From: an uncultured Pseudomonadales bacterium
GTDB lineage: Bacteria; Patescibacteriota; Microgenomatia; UBA1400; MFAQ01
Length of the DNA: 64,000 nucleotides
Direction: 5' to 3'
Assembly (NCBI GenBank): GCA_964348455.1
Contig: CAYGCQ010000002.1
Location: forward strand, 16,121-80,120
The notes under the pieces are model-generated. The model saw only the letters and a list, made by a program, of their open reading frames with translations. It was not told the origin of the DNA and ran no database searches. A program made the position numbers and the translations under genes. Of this stretch, positions 18,596-28,243 are shown piece after piece (position 1 is the stretch's first letter; each line of letters begins with the position of its first letter).

Positions 18596-18665
18596 ATAAA
18601 ATATTTTCTGGATTGCCATGTCACCTTGTTCCTCGCAATGACGATAAACATATATAATATAGATA

Positions 18666-19358
18666 GTGAAATACGTCATTGGAAACTGGAAAAGCAATCA
18701 GAACATTACGGAGTCACTCGTTTGGCTAGATGGTCTGTCAGCTCTAAGCCCAAAGTTTACCTCCGACATCAGTGTAATTCTTTGCTTGCCTTTTACCGAC
18801 ATCGCAGCTTTCAATCATAAGCTTGCAGATTTAAATCTTCCCATTATCACCGGTTCGCAGAATGTATCTCACTTGCCACCCGGCAAGCATACCGGTGAAA
18901 TTACCGCAAACATGCTGAGTGAACTTGTTAGCTACTGTATAGTAGGTCACTCGGAGCGTCGCCACGAATTTGAAGAAACTTCGGACATGGTTGCTCAAAA
19001 AACCAGACTTCTGCTTGAAAATTCCATAACTCCCATTGTTTGTTTAGACCTGCCTTATATGGATGAGCAAATCAAAGCTTTGTTCCATCTGGACATTGAC
19101 GTTTCTCGATGTTTCTTTGTCTACGAGCCAATTTCAGCCATTGGTACCGGGAAAGCCGTGGATCCCGTAGATGCGAACCACACCGCTGGCCAGATTGCGT
19201 TTCTGACCGACAATAAAGCCCCCATTCTTTACGGTGGTTCCATTTCTCAGGACAATATTGCTTCCTTTGTAGACCAAAGCAAAATCGACGGAGTTCTGGT
19301 GGGTACCGACAGTTTAGAGCCAACTCTCTTTGCTGGTATTATATCTAGTCTTTCTTAA
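18666..19358 (+). CDS. tpiA: triose-phosphate isomerase
   Basis: GNWKSN, IVGHSERR, YEPISAIGTGKA active-site motifs. Confidence 0.9.
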   Translation: MKYVIGNWKSNQNITESLVWLDGLSALSPKFTSDISVILCLPFTDIAAFNHKLADLNLPIITGSQNVSHLPPGKHTGEITANMLSELVSYCIVGHSERRHEFEETSDMVAQKTRLLLENSITPIVCLDLPYMDEQIKALFHLDIDVSRCFFVYEPISAIGTGKAVDPVDANHTAGQIAFLTDNKAPILYGGSISQDNIASFVDQSKIDGVLVGTDSLEPTLFAGIISSLS

Positions 19359-19363
19359 CTCTG

Positions 19364-20428
19364 ATGAAACTTCGTCATGTTCGACCTTTTCGTGTTGCCA
19401 TCAAATTTTTCTCCACAATCCGTCAACACCTCTTACTAATTTTATTTGCATTCCTACTTGCCACAATCACTTCGCTTGGGGTTTATGGATTTCGCCTTTT
19501 AAATCAGCACAATGTAACACCTCAAGATCTTTTGAGCTTCTTTGGAAAGCCTTCACAAAATCTAGAGAGCACAAATAATATTACCAACTTTCTCTTGCTC
19601 GGAATAAGAGGTGAGGGCGCCGACTCACCCCTACTTACCGACACCATGATTATTTTTTCCTACAATCACGAATCAAAAATACCAACCACAATCAGTATCC
19701 CCAGGGATTTGTGGGTTCCATCCGGCAAGACAAGAATAAATGCGATGTATCAATATGGTGAAGAGGCTAGTCCTGGGGGTGGTATCGCCAGCATTCAAGG
19801 GGCGGTGTTAGAAGATTTAGGTCTGCCAATTCATTACACTGCCGTAGTAGACTTTGAGGTTTTTAGAGAGGCAATAGACCTAGTTGGGGGCATCGATGTA
19901 GATGTGAGTACTGGTTTTACCGACAATGAATTTCCAATACCAGGCAAAGAGAATGCTCTTCCTATTCCCTCACGTTACGAATCGATTACTTTTAACTCCG
20001 GCATTAACCACCTAGATGGAGAAACCGCTCTAAAATTTGTTCGGTCAAGACATTCTTTCGGCGATGAAGGGACAGACTTTGCCAGATCCAGACGTCAACA
20101 GCAAGTAATTTCTGCCTTAAGGCAGAAGATGGTCACCCCCTCATTCTTACTGGATGAAAAAAAAGTCAATTCATTACTGGATATCATTGGTTCAAACCTA
20201 AAAACAAACTTCCCGGCATACCTCTACCCTACTTTGGCCAAGCTAGCTCTCGACACCAAAGATCAAACCATTCAATCCCTGCCTCTTACGAATCTTCCTG
20301 ACGCCGACGGTGTCTCAATTCTTTACAATCCTCCGGTAAGAAACTACTCGGGTCAATGGGTGCTAATTGCCAAAGACAACAACTGGAACGCCCTAAAACA
20401 ATACTTGAAAAACCACCTCTCCCAATAA
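19364..20428 (+). CDS. LytR-CpsA-Psr (LCP) family cell-envelope polymer transferase
   Basis: N-terminal TM, LLLGIRGEGADSPLLTDTMII...ISIPRDLWV LCP core. Confidence 0.8.
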   Translation: MKLRHVRPFRVAIKFFSTIRQHLLLILFAFLLATITSLGVYGFRLLNQHNVTPQDLLSFFGKPSQNLESTNNITNFLLLGIRGEGADSPLLTDTMIIFSYNHESKIPTTISIPRDLWVPSGKTRINAMYQYGEEASPGGGIASIQGAVLEDLGLPIHYTAVVDFEVFREAIDLVGGIDVDVSTGFTDNEFPIPGKENALPIPSRYESITFNSGINHLDGETALKFVRSRHSFGDEGTDFARSRRQQQVISALRQKMVTPSFLLDEKKVNSLLDIIGSNLKTNFPAYLYPTLAKLALDTKDQTIQSLPLTNLPDADGVSILYNPPVRNYSGQWVLIAKDNNWNALKQYLKNHLSQ

Positions 20429-20430
20429 TT

Positions 20431-20478
20431 TGTCATTCCGACCGAACGAAGTGAGTGGAAAAATCTCCCTCCGCCTCC
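20431..20478 (+). repeat. composite repeat, type A (tgtcattccgaccga...gagtgga.aatctccctcc), 3 nt after the LCP stop
   Basis: Same 45-48 nt element also at 50495, 60381 and 46986, with a variant at 51874. Confidence 0.6.
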
Positions 20479-20482
20479 CGCT

Positions 20483-20508
20483 TGTCATCCTCGCGAAAGC
20501 GGGGATCC
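20483..20508 (+). repeat. REP-like hairpin repeat, type B (tgtcatcctcgc-gaaa-gcggggatcc)
   Basis: Flanks conserved; stem carries a G-U compensatory change. Confidence 0.6.
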
Positions 20509-20532
20509 ATGAGCTCTTTTTTCCTTGAGTTC

Positions 20533-22509
20533 CTACCTCACCTTTATCAAGTACGTCCCACCATCTTCAAAAACTTTTACTCCTAGAGATAATATAATAT
20601 CTTCATTTACCTGATACGTAGTTCTCTCATCCTCTCCCACGATAATCCACCCGACGTTATATTCTTTAAGAAGTTCTATTATTTCTACGCTGTTAAAACC
20701 TTCATATATTCCTTTTACATCAGTCTCTCTAGCTGCCACTGGTTCGTACCCACCTCTCCAAAGCCACTCATGAACTCTCCACCCCTGAATAGTAGGCACC
20801 CCGGAAAAAACAGAAACAGCATTAAAGTTTGAGTAACTATCTCCCACCGCTTCCACCATATTTTTACCGTCATAATTTCCCCTTAGATACTTGATTGCAG
20901 CGTATCTTTCCGGCATGCTTGACTCCAACCACCTTTCTCCACTCAAGCCTGAATAGGTATTAAAATTCGCATAGAAATTTGGGAATGCCACTACCGGAAA
21001 CACCATGGTTCCAATGAATATAAATGCTACCGCAAATACGGCAAATGCTCTGTACCACAGAAAAAGTTTTCTTTCTCCATCAAACAACTTACCAAACAGT
21101 GCTCCCGCCAAAAGACCAATCATGATTGAAGCTTGATATGTAAGTTTGAACATTGTGTTTGCTCTTGGGTGATCGGGATAAATATCTTTGGCGTAGACGA
21201 CTTCAGGAATAATGATTAGTAGTAATATACAAATCGCTAATGTCCAGATTGGCAAAGATTTATCTCCTTTTTTCTCAGTCAATACCGCCAGCACACTTAC
21301 TGTTATTCCACCGGTCCACAATACCGCCAGCTCCCAAAGGGGAGTTCTTTCCGTAACCATCTTTATTCCACTCGAAATAGACTGAAAAGTTACAAACCAA
21401 GGTAAGGCCGTCAGTGCCATAAAGAGAAGCATCACTCCGGCAGATTTTAAAAGTTTGACAAACTCTCTATGATCTCTGAGTATCATAATTATTCCCGAAA
21501 CAGTTAGAAGTAGTCCATAAACAGCCACATCCCATGTATTGGTCATCATCATTACTCCAAATAAAATTCCCAGTATCATTTCATCCCATATTTTTCTCGA
21601 ATGAATCCAGTGCAAGAAAATTAAAACAAAAGCCAACACGACCGGCAAATCAATCAGGTGACCATGTAGGTCCGCAACGACGAAAGAGTACCCTGGGAAC
21701 TCGTGAATGGTGTTATGGATAAATCTGGTGGCGTCTGCGTACCAGTAACCCATCAATCCTTTATGATTTAAAAAATACCAAATTACATGGGTATTTCCTG
21801 CCAACACCGTGGCGAATGCTCCGGTTAGTCCTCCAATCATGCCGGACATGTATTTCTTTGTTCCGCTCAAGAAGTATGAAATTGAAAAAGAAATAGAAAG
21901 TGATAGACCGGCTATAAAGGCTAGCATCATGTTATACCCTACGGCCGGGTCGACGCCAAAGTATCGGATAACAATGCTCGCCCAGTAATGCCCAAAAGAA
22001 TAATAGTTTATCGACTTGCCTGCTTGCCACATATCTGCCGCCGGGAGTGTTGGAGACATCAGATATCGGTTTACAAACCCAAAGTCCATAAATTTTTCCA
22101 ATGAGTCAATGTTTGGTAAAAATCCCCTGATATAAGCGATACCAAAAAGACCAACAAAAAATAAATACTCTTCGATGACGATAATTTTAAGAGTAGTTCT
22201 GGAAACGCTAATACTTTTCAATCCGCTTTTAAAGATAATTCCTAAATTTAAAATAATTACACCAGTCGTAGCCAAAATCAAACCCTGGTTTGTGTTGGCA
22301 GCTACACCCAAATTTGCCAGTTCCCAGATGACTAGTCCCGACATCATTGTAGTCAATAGTCTGGAAAGTGGGTAACCATTATCCGGAAGGTTGTGAAACA
22401 ATTTTTTTGTCAAAGGAAAGCTAATAATCTGTAAAAGAAAACTAATCAGATAGACTCTCATTACCAGCGCAATATCAGAGTTAAACATGGTTTTTAAAGC
22501 TTTTAGCAA
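20533..22509 (-). CDS. large polytopic membrane protein, GT-C / DUF2298 (Chlor_Arch_YYY)-like putative glycosyltransferase with a C-terminal extracytoplasmic domain
   Basis: 658 aa, more than 12 TM helices, then a ~170-aa soluble C-terminal domain. FPGYSFVVADLHGHLIDLP resembles the DUF2298 conserved block. Assignment from memory, not searched. Confidence 0.35.
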   Translation of the reverse strand: MLKALKTMFNSDIALVMRVYLISFLLQIISFPLTKKLFHNLPDNGYPLSRLLTTMMSGLVIWELANLGVAANTNQGLILATTGVIILNLGIIFKSGLKSISVSRTTLKIIVIEEYLFFVGLFGIAYIRGFLPNIDSLEKFMDFGFVNRYLMSPTLPAADMWQAGKSINYYSFGHYWASIVIRYFGVDPAVGYNMMLAFIAGLSLSISFSISYFLSGTKKYMSGMIGGLTGAFATVLAGNTHVIWYFLNHKGLMGYWYADATRFIHNTIHEFPGYSFVVADLHGHLIDLPVVLAFVLIFLHWIHSRKIWDEMILGILFGVMMMTNTWDVAVYGLLLTVSGIIMILRDHREFVKLLKSAGVMLLFMALTALPWFVTFQSISSGIKMVTERTPLWELAVLWTGGITVSVLAVLTEKKGDKSLPIWTLAICILLLIIIPEVVYAKDIYPDHPRANTMFKLTYQASIMIGLLAGALFGKLFDGERKLFLWYRAFAVFAVAFIFIGTMVFPVVAFPNFYANFNTYSGLSGERWLESSMPERYAAIKYLRGNYDGKNMVEAVGDSYSNFNAVSVFSGVPTIQGWRVHEWLWRGGYEPVAARETDVKGIYEGFNSVEIIELLKEYNVGWIIVGEDERTTYQVNEDIILSLGVKVFEDGGTYLIKVR

Positions 22510-23779
22510 TTATTTCTGCTACCTCTCGACCCATTTTCACCGCATAGTTTGTCCCTCTATCAAAGGGGTACACCATGCTCATATTCGCCAAGTAGACGTT
22601 ATCAGTAATTTTTTGACTCGGTATATGCTTAGAATAGTTTACAGGGAATACAGGTTGAGCGAAAGGCTTTCGGAATAAGTATGAGTTCTTAATTAATTTT
22701 TTGTCAAAGTTATTGTTAATTTTTTTTATAAAAGGTAAGTACAACTTGAGTAGCTCTACTTTGGTCATATTCAATTGAGCATTATCATCAGGTAAATAGT
22801 TTCCAAGGTAGAGCAATCTATTATTCCCATACATTTTTTTATCAATCATGTTCGTATGTTCTACTGCTACCAAAAATGGAAAATTATTCTCCAAAATATT
22901 TAGCCAATACCCCGATAGTACTTTTCTGGATATCTCCAAAATAAGTGTTTGGCCCCATAGATAATTTAGTTTGGGGAACTTCAGTCCCTTAATAAGCTTT
23001 TCGGCAATTGGCGCAGGCGTCGTAACCACTACGGCATCAAACTCCTCGCCGTTAACAACAATTTTTTTGTTGGAACTCTTATTATCAAGCAATTTGTCAT
23101 CCTCGCGAATGCTGGGATCCACAGTCTTAATTTTCTTGACTACAGTGTTCAACCTTATCTCTCCACCATTCTTTTCAATAAATGTTTCCAGTTTCTCTAC
23201 AAACTCATCAAACCCACCCTCAAAGTAGCCGAGATTCTTTGTTCTTTTTGCTACTCTACTCCAAAACCAAGCTAAATTTACCACATCTACATAAGGTCCG
23301 AACTTGGCTGAGAGTAGTTTTTCCCAAATTAACTCATATCCTTCTCGACCTATTAATCGTGGAAGTGCCTCTACTGCTTTGTATCTTTCCAAGAACAGAC
23401 CATTTGGAATAATCTTTAGCACAAATAGCCCAACACCCATTCTTAGCCTTGACCATAGCGAGAGCTGGGAAAATCTTAAAAGTGAAAGGGGGGAGTCAAG
23501 TCGTACCTCTTTACTATTAAGAAAGCTGGAAGTTATCGGGTTTTTTATTAAAATCTTCGCATTCACTTTTTTCGCAAGGGAAAAAATATCCTTATCATTA
23601 GTAAAAATGTGATGATAGAAAACTTCTAAGTTCCACTTCCATTTTCCAGAATTAAATCCCCGTGCAAGACCTCCTGCTTTTTTGTCTGATTCGAATACAA
23701 CTGAGGAGATATTGTTGTCGGCTAAGTAAGCCGAGCAACAAAGTCCGGTGATGCCTCCACCAATTATCGCAACTCTCAT
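22481..23779 (-). CDS. FAD-dependent flavoenzyme, UDP-galactopyranose mutase (Glf)-like
   Basis: N-terminal Rossmann VAIIGGGITG...E.....GGLAR; YHHIFTNDKDIF matches the UGM GAHIFHTNDKYIW block. Overlaps the downstream membrane protein by 29 nt. Confidence 0.45.
   Translation of the reverse strand: MRVAIIGGGITGLCCSAYLADNNISSVVFESDKKAGGLARGFNSGKWKWNLEVFYHHIFTNDKDIFSLAKKVNAKILIKNPITSSFLNSKEVRLDSPLSLLRFSQLSLWSRLRMGVGLFVLKIIPNGLFLERYKAVEALPRLIGREGYELIWEKLLSAKFGPYVDVVNLAWFWSRVAKRTKNLGYFEGGFDEFVEKLETFIEKNGGEIRLNTVVKKIKTVDPSIREDDKLLDNKSSNKKIVVNGEEFDAVVVTTPAPIAEKLIKGLKFPKLNYLWGQTLILEISRKVLSGYWLNILENNFPFLVAVEHTNMIDKKMYGNNRLLYLGNYLPDDNAQLNMTKVELLKLYLPFIKKINNNFDKKLIKNSYLFRKPFAQPVFPVNYSKHIPSQKITDNVYLANMSMVYPFDRGTNYAVKMGREVAEIIAKSFKNHV
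23095..23120 (+). repeat. REP-like type B element embedded in frame inside the Glf-like CDS (encodes ...VDPSIREDDK... on the minus strand)
   Basis: tgtcatcctcgcgaatgctgggatcc with both family flanks. Confidence 0.5.
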
Positions 23780-23785
23780 CTTTCT

Positions 23786-25198
23786 TTATAGAGCTAAGAG
23801 TATTCCTATGATAGCTAGCATGAGTCCTCCGCCAAATGCGGCTATACCGGGGAAGTCTAAGATTCCAGTCTCAGGAAGTACTTCTCGTTGAGCTACAGCA
23901 TCTGTGGGAGCTACTGTTCCTCCGTCAACGATCTCATCTGTGGGAGCTACTGTTCCTCCGTCAACGATCTCGTCCGTTGGCGCAGCCGTAATCTCGTCCG
24001 TTGGTGCAGCCGTAATCTCATCAGTTGGAGCTGTTGTTGGGCAAACACAGGAACCTGCATCCAAACAGGCTGCTTTTCTACAGGTTTCTGTTCCGGTGTC
24101 ACAAGTTAGACCTGTGGTGCATTCGGAGTCGTCAGTGCATGACTCATTACAAGCAACTACGGACTTGACTGCAAGATCTTTGTCAGCTGTCTTTACGGTA
24201 TCGCCATATGAAAGTTCACTTGTATTTGTAATCACAGTCCCATTCACTGCCGCGTTTGAAACTTTGACCCTAAAAGTAAGCGTCTTTGACGCTCCTACAG
24301 CTAAAGTGATTCCAGAACAGGTAACTTTGTAGTTTGAGTTTGAAAAAGTACAGTCAGTGGTAGTATCTACAAATGTTAACAGATCTTGGTTCTCACCATC
24401 CAATGTATCTGAAACGGTTACATTTGTGGCTGGAGCAGTGCCATCATTTTTAATTACTAAAGCGTATATAAAAGTTTGGTTACGAGAAACTGTTGTGATG
24501 TCGGTTGTGGAACCTTCTTTAAAAGCTTTTTTAGTAATAGACACATCTACCACTTGGCATACAGCAGTTGCAGCACACTGTTTAGTAGTTGCTACTCCGC
24601 ACGAATCCGTACAAGTAGTGATCACCGATGCTGCCTGACCACAAGTAGTAGGACAATCGGGGGAACAAGTTACTTCAGCAGTAGCTACACAAATTGCAGT
24701 TGCAGACACTGAACAGGCCGCGGAAGTTTCGAAACAGATAGTACTGCCATCGGCTTTTTTGCATCTACCGTCGGTTTCGTCGCAGGTAAGTCCAGTAGCA
24801 CACCCGGAGGTTGAAGTACAAACTCCACATTCTGAGGGTTTTGTCGGAGGAGTGGGAGTTGTGGTTGGTGCGGTTGGACATTTAGTCATATCCTTCGTCC
24901 ACGCACCTCCTACGCTAGGGCAACACCAATTTTCATTTCCACAAACCTCTACTCGTCCGGTAGTGGTACAGACGGAATCGCTGGAAGTGCCATCAGACTC
25001 AGGAGGTGTACAGCTTTGTAAGAGGTTCGGTGTCGTTGGGTTCGGACAATGCTCCTCGCAGGTAGCAGCTCTGGAACCTGTTGGGACTATTCCCTGACCT
25101 GTACTAATTCTGTATGAAACAAAGATTGCTGCAGCTGCAATAAGAGCAATAAGAGCTATTGTTATGATTGCGACTATGTTTTTTCTTTTGTTATTCAT
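23786..25198 (-). CDS. Cys-rich, Thr-rich cell-surface protein with a DUF11-like repeat domain and a C-terminal LPETG sorting signal
   Basis: N-terminal TM; many Cys; C-terminal TAAPTDEI repeats; ends VLPETGILDFPGIAAFGGGLMLAIIGILLAL. Confidence 0.7.
   Translation of the reverse strand: MNNKRKNIVAIITIALIALIAAAAIFVSYRISTGQGIVPTGSRAATCEEHCPNPTTPNLLQSCTPPESDGTSSDSVCTTTGRVEVCGNENWCCPSVGGAWTKDMTKCPTAPTTTPTPPTKPSECGVCTSTSGCATGLTCDETDGRCKKADGSTICFETSAACSVSATAICVATAEVTCSPDCPTTCGQAASVITTCTDSCGVATTKQCAATAVCQVVDVSITKKAFKEGSTTDITTVSRNQTFIYALVIKNDGTAPATNVTVSDTLDGENQDLLTFVDTTTDCTFSNSNYKVTCSGITLAVGASKTLTFRVKVSNAAVNGTVITNTSELSYGDTVKTADKDLAVKSVVACNESCTDDSECTTGLTCDTGTETCRKAACLDAGSCVCPTTAPTDEITAAPTDEITAAPTDEIVDGGTVAPTDEIVDGGTVAPTDAVAQREVLPETGILDFPGIAAFGGGLMLAIIGILLAL
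23899..24018. repeat. intragenic tandem repeats: 36-bp unit x2 (perfect) then 24-bp unit x2 (1 mismatch), encoding the TDEITAAP / TDEIVDGGTVAP stalk repeats
   Basis: Direct repeats read from sequence, directly upstream (in gene sense) of the LPETG signal. Confidence 0.8.
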
Positions 25199-25210
25199 TT
25201 TTAATTTCGT

Positions 25211-27190
25211 TTAGTTAGCTGTGGCAACACAAACCCCTAAAGCATCAGGAGTTTTTGAGGATACTTTGCATTCAAACCCAGTCGGGCACTTAATTCCAGC
25301 GACTCCTGCACAAGTTGTTTGAATTGAAGCGGTAGAGGGCGCAGTGCTTACATAAGCCTCGAATTTATATGTTCCAGTTTTTGAAATAGTGTAGTCGTAG
25401 TATGAAGTTAGTTTGGTGGTTGTGTTTAATAGTCCGGAAGCAACAACTTCTACAGTGGAACTTGTTCCCTGAGTAATTCTAAACTTAGCTCTTAAATTCG
25501 CATTGTTTGATCGAACCGCTAATCTAATCTTGTCGTTAATTTTTATTTTGTTTCTTTGGTCCAGGGTCATCGGTGTGGTGTTAAATGTTCCATCAGTTTT
25601 TTGTGAGAACAAGCTAATCTCCATACAAGCACCTGGATTAGCTACGACACACACTTTGGTGCCAGGAACTGTTCTTTTTGTTCCGCAGTTGCTAGTTTGA
25701 TTTACTGTGGCAGTGGTACAAACTGTATTTGCATTAGGTGTCCAACTGGAAACTGTACAGCCTCCCCCTCCACCTTTTGTAGGAGTAGCAGTTACCCCAC
25801 CACCTCCTGTAGAACCGCCGCCACAACCCGAAGTTGACACTACGCATTTGCCACCTGAAATAGCTTCACCTTGGTGACAGCAAAATCTATCTTGGGTTGT
25901 AGCTGTTGCGGTGCTTTTACATGTAAATGCACCAGAGGTATAAGTTGTAGAACAGCAAAGTCCTGGGCTACATACGTCCGTGTACCCTCCGGCGGGTTTG
26001 CATGCTTTAGAGGTAGCACTGTATTCAGGATTTGCTGTAGAACAGCAAAGAGTTGGTGTGCCTACTGAGTTATTGCACGTAGATGCCCCAGCGGTTCCAG
26101 CCGGCAAATTACAATCAACACCCGCTGGACAAGTAGATTTAGACGGATTAGCCACACAAACAGCCCTCGCATTACATCCATCATATGTACCATTTAAACA
26201 ACATGTTAGTTTCATCGTTCCAGGCAAGCTAGAGTTATTAGGAGTACTGCTAAGAGGTGTTGTGCAACTTACTGTTTTTGTATCTTTTCCATATTCACAT
26301 GTTCCGGAAGGAGTTTGAACACATGTTCCTCCGATACACCTATCAGGACTAGTGCACCCAGAATCATTACCACAAATCGTATTGCGACACACTCCACCAA
26401 TAAATTTTTGATCCGCTTCACAACTTTCTGCGGGTGGTGGTGCTGCTGTGGCTGTCCCAGTGAAACACTTTCCACTTAACAAAGGTACTCCAGGGCTACA
26501 ACAGTACTGAGGGGTTGTTGAAGTTGATGAGGAGTAGCACTGTGTGCCTCCGGACTCTGCTCCAAAAGAACATTGTAAATTATTGCCAATAGAGTTACAT
26601 AACTTTTTAGCTGTTGACGGTGTCGGTGTTTTTGCGGGAGTGCCTGTAGCTTGTACACCTCCACAGCCAGATACTTCTGGGTGTCCAATACAACTTGTTT
26701 TTGTAGCATTACAGCTGAAACAGGGGCCGGGGCAGTTTGAAGAAGTACATGTGTATCCTGTTCCGTATCCAGTCGGTGTGGGGGCAATTGGTTTACAAAC
26801 ACCATTAACGCATTTCTCTTTTCCTGCTTTGCACTGAGAGGGGTTGTTTGTACAACCGCCTGCTGCAAACGGCTGAAGTGGTCCGGTCAAGGCTATTCCA
26901 CCTCTGGAAGCCAGCTGATTAGAAACATAATAAGCAGCTCCAGCTACACCCACTACTAGTAGTAAGGCAATCATTCCTAATGCAATTTGTTTAAATTTAT
27001 TTTTCGGTTTCTTCTCTGGCCATTGGATCTCAGGGGTAGTAGGTGATGTTGGTGTTATCGTGGTCGTGGTGGTGGAATCTGGAGTAGTTGTAGTGGTCGT
27101 GGTTAGAGGAGCTCCCAGCGGTTCTTGATTCGGCATCGGAGGATTAAATGGCTGACCGGAAGTTTGATTCGAAAGATTTTGTTCGTCCAT
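25211..27190 (-). CDS. very Cys-rich surface protein (about 60 Cys), N-terminal TM anchor, Thr-rich; paralog of 28244..30208; no C-terminal sorting signal
   Basis: Shares the N-terminal module AGAAYYVSNQL.SR.GIA.TGPLQPFAAGGCTNNP.QCKAGKE.CVNGVCKPIAPTPTGYGTGYTC with the paralog. Confidence 0.65.
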   Translation of the reverse strand: MDEQNLSNQTSGQPFNPPMPNQEPLGAPLTTTTTTTPDSTTTTTITPTSPTTPEIQWPEKKPKNKFKQIALGMIALLLVVGVAGAAYYVSNQLASRGGIALTGPLQPFAAGGCTNNPSQCKAGKEKCVNGVCKPIAPTPTGYGTGYTCTSSNCPGPCFSCNATKTSCIGHPEVSGCGGVQATGTPAKTPTPSTAKKLCNSIGNNLQCSFGAESGGTQCYSSSTSTTPQYCCSPGVPLLSGKCFTGTATAAPPPAESCEADQKFIGGVCRNTICGNDSGCTSPDRCIGGTCVQTPSGTCEYGKDTKTVSCTTPLSSTPNNSSLPGTMKLTCCLNGTYDGCNARAVCVANPSKSTCPAGVDCNLPAGTAGASTCNNSVGTPTLCCSTANPEYSATSKACKPAGGYTDVCSPGLCCSTTYTSGAFTCKSTATATTQDRFCCHQGEAISGGKCVVSTSGCGGGSTGGGGVTATPTKGGGGGCTVSSWTPNANTVCTTATVNQTSNCGTKRTVPGTKVCVVANPGACMEISLFSQKTDGTFNTTPMTLDQRNKIKINDKIRLAVRSNNANLRAKFRITQGTSSTVEVVASGLLNTTTKLTSYYDYTISKTGTYKFEAYVSTAPSTASIQTTCAGVAGIKCPTGFECKVSSKTPDALGVCVATAN

Positions 27191-27468
27191 TTCAGATATA
27201 TTAAGTCCAATAAAATAGGGCCTGAAATAAATATATCTGTTTTATTTCCCAGCGTCAATGATTATTATCATTTACTTTTATCAAATAGTTTTTCTTTTAG
27301 TGTGAGACAAACACTCAATCTTTTTTCCTTCAAAATAACAAGTTAAATGCACTTTTTCTTCACAAAAAAAGTTTCAAATAAAATTTTTATAAATAGAGTA
27401 AAACAAAATCATGAGAAAAAAACTCGCATTATTATTTTTTGCTTAAGACGTGCTGAGTGAACTCCTTC

Positions 27469-28221
27469 TTAGGGTAGAGGTTCTTCTGTTGTTGGCGTCT
27501 GTGAAGTCGAGTCATCAGTCCAAGTGACGTTTCCGAAGTCATCGATGATTATCGCTCTGCATTGATTTCCATAGCGAGCTGTGTTCGGAATGCCGCTACA
27601 GTCCACAGGCTCGTCAGGGTTAACCGTTGCATCTGGAACTACTTCTAGGGCGGGATCAGCCGTGGGGGCTTCGAATGCTGCAGGTTCACTCTCTGGAGCG
27701 GTTGGAGCTACCGCTTGTTGTCCACTGATGGCTTTTGAGACAGCGAAGACCCCACCGCCGGCGAGGCCAAGTACTAATATTGCTATCAATCCAACTATAA
27801 CGGGCGAAGTCCTTGTCTTTTTAGGTAACATTTCTTGGTTGCTAGTCGTCGCTGATGGGGTCGGAAGATCCATAGCTGTACTCGTAGTAGTAGTTGTGTT
27901 TGTCATCGAGTTGGTAGTTCCTGTCTCTCCCATTGGTGTCATTATCGGGGCAGATACGGAAGGTGGTGCTGAAAAAACGGGATTATCCAAGCCTGTAGTT
28001 TCGGGTTGAAAAGATCTTTCTGCCGATGTCGGCTCTGCTGGGGTAATGTCCTCAGTGCTCGTCGTTGTGGTCGTAGTTGTTAAATTAGGTGAGTCGACAG
28101 GTGGGTAGGATTCAGTCGGAGCTATGTCTAAGTTTGGCTGAGCTTGCGGCGGCTGGCTGGAAACAGGGGGTGTTCCTCCGGCTGAAGCGGTATTGAGGTT
28201 CCTTGTGTCGGTATTATCCAT
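27469..28221 (-). CDS. Pro/Thr/Ser-rich bitopic membrane protein, function unknown
   Basis: Low-complexity N-terminal half, central TM VIVGLIAILVLGLAGGGVFAV, 80-aa C-terminal domain with 2 Cys. Confidence 0.45.
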   Translation of the reverse strand: MDNTDTRNLNTASAGGTPPVSSQPPQAQPNLDIAPTESYPPVDSPNLTTTTTTTSTEDITPAEPTSAERSFQPETTGLDNPVFSAPPSVSAPIMTPMGETGTTNSMTNTTTTTSTAMDLPTPSATTSNQEMLPKKTRTSPVIVGLIAILVLGLAGGGVFAVSKAISGQQAVAPTAPESEPAAFEAPTADPALEVVPDATVNPDEPVDCSGIPNTARYGNQCRAIIIDDFGNVTWTDDSTSQTPTTEEPLP

Positions 28222-28243
28222 AATTTATTTTTCTAACTAATAA

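Noticed and set aside
23899-24018. Tandem direct repeats that could be mistaken for a mini-CRISPR or satellite
   Set aside because: They are in frame inside a long ORF and encode the TDEITAAP stalk repeats of a surface protein; they are coding repeats.
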